Assembly: GCA_018664485.1 (NCBI GenBank)
Contig: JABJOE010000007.1
Location: forward strand, 132,353 to 196,352
Direction of reading: 5' to 3'
Source: Candidatus Uhrbacteria bacterium
GTDB taxonomy: Bacteria; Patescibacteriota; Patescibacteriia; UBA9934
Length of the DNA stretch: 64,000 bases
Part shown: in pieces, positions 59,224-64,000 of the stretch
Numbering within the stretch: position 1 is the stretch's first letter
Layout: each line of letters opens with the position of its first letter
Notes under the pieces: generated by a model
Seen by the model: only the letters and a program-made list of their open reading frames with translations
The model's database searches: none
Told to the model about the DNA's origin: nothing
Program-made: the position numbers and the translations under genes

Positions 59224-60468
59224 TTACACCGGGAGTCCTTCATCGTCATTAAAAATCTTCACTTTTCCAAATACACCGTCATAACCTGGGCGAATGTGTA
59301 GCTGCCCTGCCCGCATACGTCGAATTGCTTCGGCGATTGCCGGCGTAGAGCCTTTTTGAATCTCATCAATCGGGACATCAAGTAAAATTGTAAACTCGTC
59401 AGCAATATCTGCAATCATTTTCTCATACATCGCCTGAACTTTCTTTCCATTTGTTAGTTTCATGCCGAGCCCCTCTGCCACGATCTCCTGCAAAGGCACA
59501 ATGGACTTAAACGGAACCTGTCCCTTAGGAATTTTTTTAATATCTCGATCGGCAAGTTCACGCACTCTCGACAACACACCAATTGTTAAACCTTTTCCGC
59601 ACATCTTACATTTACCGCTAAGCTTCGCAGTTTCACGAGGCTCACACCAAAATCCACAACCTGAACATCCATCTGCATAATACTTTCCTTCCTCGGGATG
59701 AAACTCAATCGTGTATTTAAATTTATCCGTATCACGCTCTCGCAATATTCGTACGAACTCATCAAAATTTATTTCATCCGGCTCGAGCTCAAATACATTT
59801 GCTTCACGTCCAAAGTTGCGCGGCGAATGAGCGTCGGAATTTGAAATTAACATTACGTTATCAAGAGCCGAAAGCTGGCGGTTCATCAACGGGTCAGATG
59901 ATAATCCAGTTTCAATTGCGTAAATATACTCAGACATCTCTCCAAAACATTCTTCAATCGAATCGAACCCGGACTTCGATCCAAAAATGGCAAACCAAGG
60001 GGTCCATGCATGTGCCGGAATAATAATGACTCGATCATCAATATCCTTCAGTCGTTTGTACAATTCCTCTGAATCAAGTCCCAAAATCGGTCGGCCATCG
60101 GCCTTCAAATTAAACCCCTGACCAGACAACCACTTATTAATCTTACGTACCGACTCAAGTGAGGGTGCCATCACAATATTATGAACGCGTCGTCCTTTAT
60201 CGCCACGGCGATACATCTGTGAGAGCTCTGTCGTGAACATGTAGCGCATCTTAGCGTATGCACCAGACTTCAAGCGATACATTCCTGGCTCAGCCTCCTC
60301 AAGACCTTCCTCGAGTTCCTTAAACCATGTGGGATGAGTAAAATCAGCAGTCCCTAAGACGTTCACGCCCTTCTTCTCACACCATAAAGCATTATTCTCT
60401 AACGTAAGCTTCTTTGAGCAAGCTCTTGAGAATCTAGAATGAAGATGCCAATCTGTTATTACTCGCAT
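59224..60468 (-). CDS. endonuclease Q-family (PHP domain, UvrD N-terminal-like) protein
   Basis: DWHLHSRFSRACS, GTADFTHP, PAHAWTPW, ETGLSSDP, SNSDAHS, GKY, C4 Zn finger, PGYDGVFG. Confidence 0.88.
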   Translation of the reverse strand: MRVITDWHLHSRFSRACSKKLTLENNALWCEKKGVNVLGTADFTHPTWFKELEEGLEEAEPGMYRLKSGAYAKMRYMFTTELSQMYRRGDKGRRVHNIVMAPSLESVRKINKWLSGQGFNLKADGRPILGLDSEELYKRLKDIDDRVIIIPAHAWTPWFAIFGSKSGFDSIEECFGEMSEYIYAIETGLSSDPLMNRQLSALDNVMLISNSDAHSPRNFGREANVFELEPDEINFDEFVRILRERDTDKFKYTIEFHPEEGKYYADGCSGCGFWCEPRETAKLSGKCKMCGKGLTIGVLSRVRELADRDIKKIPKGQVPFKSIVPLQEIVAEGLGMKLTNGKKVQAMYEKMIADIADEFTILLDVPIDEIQKGSTPAIAEAIRRMRAGQLHIRPGYDGVFGKVKIFNDDEGLPV

Positions 60469-60488
60469 ATCTTGTTAGAAAATTTCAG

Positions 60489-61136
60489 CTATGAAACCAC
60501 TACCACCGGCTTCTCGTTTTGCAATTTTCTCTTGCGAGTATACGGGCTCATTTTAAACAAAGACCAAAATGTCAGAAGAGCATCTGCACCCATAAATATC
60601 ATGAACGATCCGAGTGTAATATCTTGGTGAACTGTTGCGTCTAAAACATCTGGCGCGTTCATCAAAAATGCCAAAATGACAATTACAATCAGTAGAATTC
60701 TCCATCGTCCAACATAATAAATGCGAGATAATAAAGTGATGATCACTTGTAAAGGCAATCTAATCATTGCAGCGGGTAGTGCAGTAATAAACAGCAAAGT
60801 AACTCCGATCAATTCGGCAATCTGTAAACACCAACGCTTTGCCCTTCCCTGCAGTGAATGTAAAGCCAGTGCTCCGACAACAAGAATGACAACCATAATC
60901 ATTAATGTTCTTCCAGATGATATTGCATCACCTGTGACGGTACCTATTCCTCGAGCACCCACAAGAGCATCAATTAGACCACCGAACACAATTATCGTAT
61001 ATGGAACACCGACACCAACGATCACAGAGACAGCGACCAACCCCAAGAAAAACTTTACTGACGCACCCCAAAGCATCTCACCGGTACCCCTCAACCTAGT
61101 ACTATATTGCTTAATTGCCTGTAGTATTTCATGCAT
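60489..61136 (-). CDS. membrane protein resembling a truncated ABC transmembrane domain
   Basis: About 5 TM; GGLIDAL and ITLGSFMIF motifs; no NBD. Confidence 0.55.
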   Translation of the reverse strand: MHEILQAIKQYSTRLRGTGEMLWGASVKFFLGLVAVSVIVGVGVPYTIIVFGGLIDALVGARGIGTVTGDAISSGRTLMIMVVILVVGALALHSLQGRAKRWCLQIAELIGVTLLFITALPAAMIRLPLQVIITLLSRIYYVGRWRILLIVIVILAFLMNAPDVLDATVHQDITLGSFMIFMGADALLTFWSLFKMSPYTRKRKLQNEKPVVVVS

Positions 61137-61222
61137 ATCAGTGTTTATTAGATGAATCCAATATGTACCTATTTTATCAGAAAATAAAAAGAAGCGCTTA
61201 GCGCGCCCTCTTTATTTTATAT

Positions 61223-61966
61223 CTAGCCAAGAAGCTTCTCCGCTGCAGCTAAATCTTCTGGAGAATTCACGCCGACAACCTCAAATGGATCTGCGGTAGC
61301 TGTAACGATATCAGCGCCTTCTTCGATTGCCATTTCAATCAAGTCCGTCAAATAATACTCTCCGCTAGCATTTTTATTTTTGATCTCAGGCAAATGTTCC
61401 CAAAGCCACTGAGCACTAAAAGCGAATAGAGATGGATTTACTTCTTTGATATCTAATTCCTCCTCGCTTGCATCCTTAGCCTCACGAATTGCGAGGATAC
61501 GTCCTGTTGAATCCCGCACAATACGCCCCCACGTTTTAAATGTTGTGTAATCTTTTTTATAATTCGGAACCTTGGTGGTGATCATTGCAATAGCTGTCTC
61601 GTGCTCCGCATGCAGGTCATTGAGCTTATTCAGAGTCTCTCCACTAATAAATGGATGGTCACCATTGAGTACTATTATTCTCTCAGCATCGTTTGCAGCA
61701 TCTTGCGCACATGAAACTGCATTTCCAGTTCCGAGCTGCTCAGCCTGAACACTGTACTCACAACGGTCTGCACAAATCGTGTTGAAATCCTCAATCGTAT
61801 CTGGTGCGACTATTACTATCGGTCGCGAATCAATTCCGGAATCTTCAATGCCGTCGAGCAGGTGTTCAATCATCGGTCTGCTGGCGATTTCTACAAGAGG
61901 CTTGGCAACATCTGCCCCCATTCTCTTACCTTTTCCAGCTGCCATTACAATAATACGTGTACCCAT
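61223..61966 (-). CDS. GlmU-like uridyltransferase (N-terminal domain only)
   Basis: MAAGKGKRM...KPL, QLGTGNAV, NGDHP, EYYLTD, GVNS; ends before the LbH acetyltransferase domain. Confidence 0.88.
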   Translation of the reverse strand: MGTRIIVMAAGKGKRMGADVAKPLVEIASRPMIEHLLDGIEDSGIDSRPIVIVAPDTIEDFNTICADRCEYSVQAEQLGTGNAVSCAQDAANDAERIIVLNGDHPFISGETLNKLNDLHAEHETAIAMITTKVPNYKKDYTTFKTWGRIVRDSTGRILAIREAKDASEEELDIKEVNPSLFAFSAQWLWEHLPEIKNKNASGEYYLTDLIEMAIEEGADIVTATADPFEVVGVNSPEDLAAAEKLLG

Positions 61967-62108
61967 ATACTAGATCTAATATCATTACTTCGGAAAAATT
62001 GTAGCCAGATTCGACAATAAAGTCAATAAATGGTTAGATTATTAGGTTCTAGGAGATTACAAAGGGACTGGTGTCCTCCGCATCATCGAAAAGCGTGTTC
62101 TCTCGATA

Positions 62109-62303
62109 ATGAAGTTCAGGCCCGAAGATTTACGTCCATTTAATCTGTCGGGACCCGCTCTGCGTGACACCGCAGTCACGTTGGAGGACATCTCCACCCA
62201 TTCGTTTACGTGGGTGCGTCTGATGACATGCGCGACCGTAGCTGAGCTCACGCCCAGATGCGAACGCAAGTCTCGACGTACCCACGACAATCACAAGCAC
62301 TAA
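62109..62303 (+). CDS. small orphan ORF or gene fragment
   Basis: 64-aa ORF followed by a TAAACCCGC/GCGGGTTTA hairpin. Confidence 0.4.
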   Translation: MKFRPEDLRPFNLSGPALRDTAVTLEDISTHSFTWVRLMTCATVAELTPRCERKSRRTHDNHKH

Positions 62304-62357
62304 ACCCGCCGATGTCTCGCATCAGCGGGTTTATCTTTCTAAAACTCATCCTACCTT

Positions 62358-62975
62358 TTACTTATAAATACCGAGCACAGCAAGCCATGTAAGTCCTGAC
62401 TCACGAACAAATCTCTGCGTCCGTACAGAAACCTTGGTGCCCCACGAATACTGACTACGATCGATACTTCCACTTAACTCTGCCGGGAAGCCGTATCCAT
62501 CTATACCCAGCTTGTTGCACTGATAGATTGCTCTAGGAAGATGAAAATCTTGCGATACAAAAACTACTGACAGATCGATCAAATATTCATGACTATCGGT
62601 ATCGCATGAATCGGTCGTCACGACAGCCGTAGTGTCTAAGATAATAGAATCCTCTGGCACATTTCTTTCTGTTAAATATTCCATCATAACTAGAGCAGCA
62701 CTTTCAGTATTTGATACAACTAGCCTTTCAACCATCCCATTTTCATAAAGTAAAATACCCGCCTCCAAGCGTTCTTTTAAAAGGGGTGTCGGCAATCCAT
62801 CAGAATCTACATGCGCCCCTAGGATTAGGGCAATGTCAAAATTACCTTCTGACACAATCCTCTTGGAAGAAATGCCGCCGACAACCATTCTGGGCGCGAA
62901 AAAAAGCACACAAAGCAAAAGAATAGCGGCAAAAAATCGTTTTAACTTATTCAAAAACACTAATAATAACACCAT
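62358..62975 (-). CDS. SanA/YdcF (DUF218) family protein
   Basis: ILGA....PTPLLKERL, VSQDFHLPRA, RE. Confidence 0.85.
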   Translation of the reverse strand: MVLLLVFLNKLKRFFAAILLLCVLFFAPRMVVGGISSKRIVSEGNFDIALILGAHVDSDGLPTPLLKERLEAGILLYENGMVERLVVSNTESAALVMMEYLTERNVPEDSIILDTTAVVTTDSCDTDSHEYLIDLSVVFVSQDFHLPRAIYQCNKLGIDGYGFPAELSGSIDRSQYSWGTKVSVRTQRFVRESGLTWLAVLGIYK

Positions 62976-63669
62976 AATCTAAACCTTCATCAAATCTATT
63001 TATTTCCGGTGCATACGTTTGCGATATGTACCCATCAAGATAAAGCGCATCTACACACCCCGTATCTAGCAAGAATGAAGAAAAGTCATAAAAAGAGATC
63101 TCTTCATTTGAGATAGCAAACTTCAATATTTCGCCATCTAAACAAACGCCACTTCTAATAAAGACATTGTCCGAACTTTCATTGAAGGCTTGATTTATCT
63201 GACCGTCAATTATCAACATTGGCCCAGATTGTGTTGCAAAAATTGGATCAATCTCCGCTAACAAAAATTCATCAGTTGTCAGAATAGAATATCTATCACT
63301 AAAAATACTGAAAACGCCGTTTGGTTCAATGAAAAAATTTCCCTCCCCTTCACTTACGTTTAGTTCCGAAAAGGTTAAACCATTTTCAACATACAGCCCA
63401 ACCGGATCCTTAGAAACATGAAACATCCCACCATTCGTAGCAAAGACCATCCCTGCATCAGGTCTAGAAGATGCTAGGTTTGAAAAATTATTATAGAGAT
63501 CTCCGGTAGAATCCTTCCAAGACATCGTCACCTCTGTTAACTCTTCAATCACATACAGGTCGACTAGTTGAACTGCATCTTCTTCCGTTTGATTCAAGTT
63601 ACGCCCTCCTATAAAAATATAAGCCAAGATAGCGAGTGATAACACTGCAAGTTTTAGCCAAGGAAACAT
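62947..63669 (-). CDS. phosphodiester glycosidase (NAGPA/YigE-like) family protein
   Basis: FATNGGMF, PVGLYVENG, GNFFIEPNGVF, ATQSGPML, ALYLDG. Confidence 0.85.
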   Translation of the reverse strand: MFPWLKLAVLSLAILAYIFIGGRNLNQTEEDAVQLVDLYVIEELTEVTMSWKDSTGDLYNNFSNLASSRPDAGMVFATNGGMFHVSKDPVGLYVENGLTFSELNVSEGEGNFFIEPNGVFSIFSDRYSILTTDEFLLAEIDPIFATQSGPMLIIDGQINQAFNESSDNVFIRSGVCLDGEILKFAISNEEISFYDFSSFLLDTGCVDALYLDGYISQTYAPEINRFDEGLDYGVIISVFE

Positions 63670-63782
63670 AACTTAACTATATCAAATCCGGTTGTAAAAA
63701 CGAACGTATTAGTTCGGATGAGGTATCTACGACATCCGGCATCGAAGTAAGGAGTATATACAATATGTTGTCGGAGATAAGT

Positions 63783-63899
63783 AAATTTACTAAATTGTGT
63801 TAGATGTAGCGGCGTGACGAGGAGCAGAGTAAAACGTACTTACGGTACGTTGTCGAGCACCACAGTCACAACGCTACAGATGACGTGATTTAAAAATTT
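63783..63899. repeat. long intergenic hairpin downstream of the 5S rRNA
   Basis: AAATTGTGTTA/TGACGTGATTT, TGTAGCG/CGCTACA, GTGAC/GTCAC and AACGTAC/GTACGTT nested stems. Confidence 0.6.
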
Positions 63900-63921
63900 T
63901 GTATCAAAAAATCTTCATGAT

Positions 63922-64000
63922 TCTGGCGCCCACCTACTCTCGCGCGTCTGCACTACCATCGGCCCTAAAAGCTTAACTTCCGTGTTCGGGAAGGGAACGG
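63922..64000 (-). rRNA. rrf: 5S rRNA, 3' portion (5' part outside the window)
   Basis: Reverse complement of CCGTTCCCTTCCCGAACACGGAAGTTAAG...GCCGATGGTAG...GAGAGTAGGT. Confidence 0.93.

Overview
This 64-kb window looks like the chromosome of a Patescibacteria (CPR) bacterium, probably Parcubacteria/Uhrbacteria-like. That is an inference from the Cys-rich VirB2-like pilin, the WcaJ/GT4/DUF4012 cluster, the split transketolase, the TrmB regulators and the AT-rich SD-less starts. Core genes include rplS, uvrA, secG, an OppA-like protein, rnj, trpS, rnpB, femX-like, ruvA, ileS, a fused rpiB-rpe, tkt halves, two PfkB kinases, fba, tRNA-Ala(TGC), a histone-H1-like protein and the 3' part of a 5S rRNA. 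The most striking feature is at 43.3-45.95 kb. One consensus sigma70 promoter drives an array of four unrelated orphan ORFs. Each ORF is preceded by a copy of a ~120-200 nt multi-stem element that shows compensatory base changes and mosaic (recombined) copies. This looks like a structured-RNA-delimited gene-cassette array with no recombinase in the window. Other highlights are an Ile-rich leader-peptide attenuator upstream of ileS, three tandem 43-44 aa microprotein transcription units, a dispersed family of long intergenic hairpins with a conserved AGGA/RACGA apical internal loop, and a ~670-nt leader on rnj. All structures were folded by eye and need computational confirmation.
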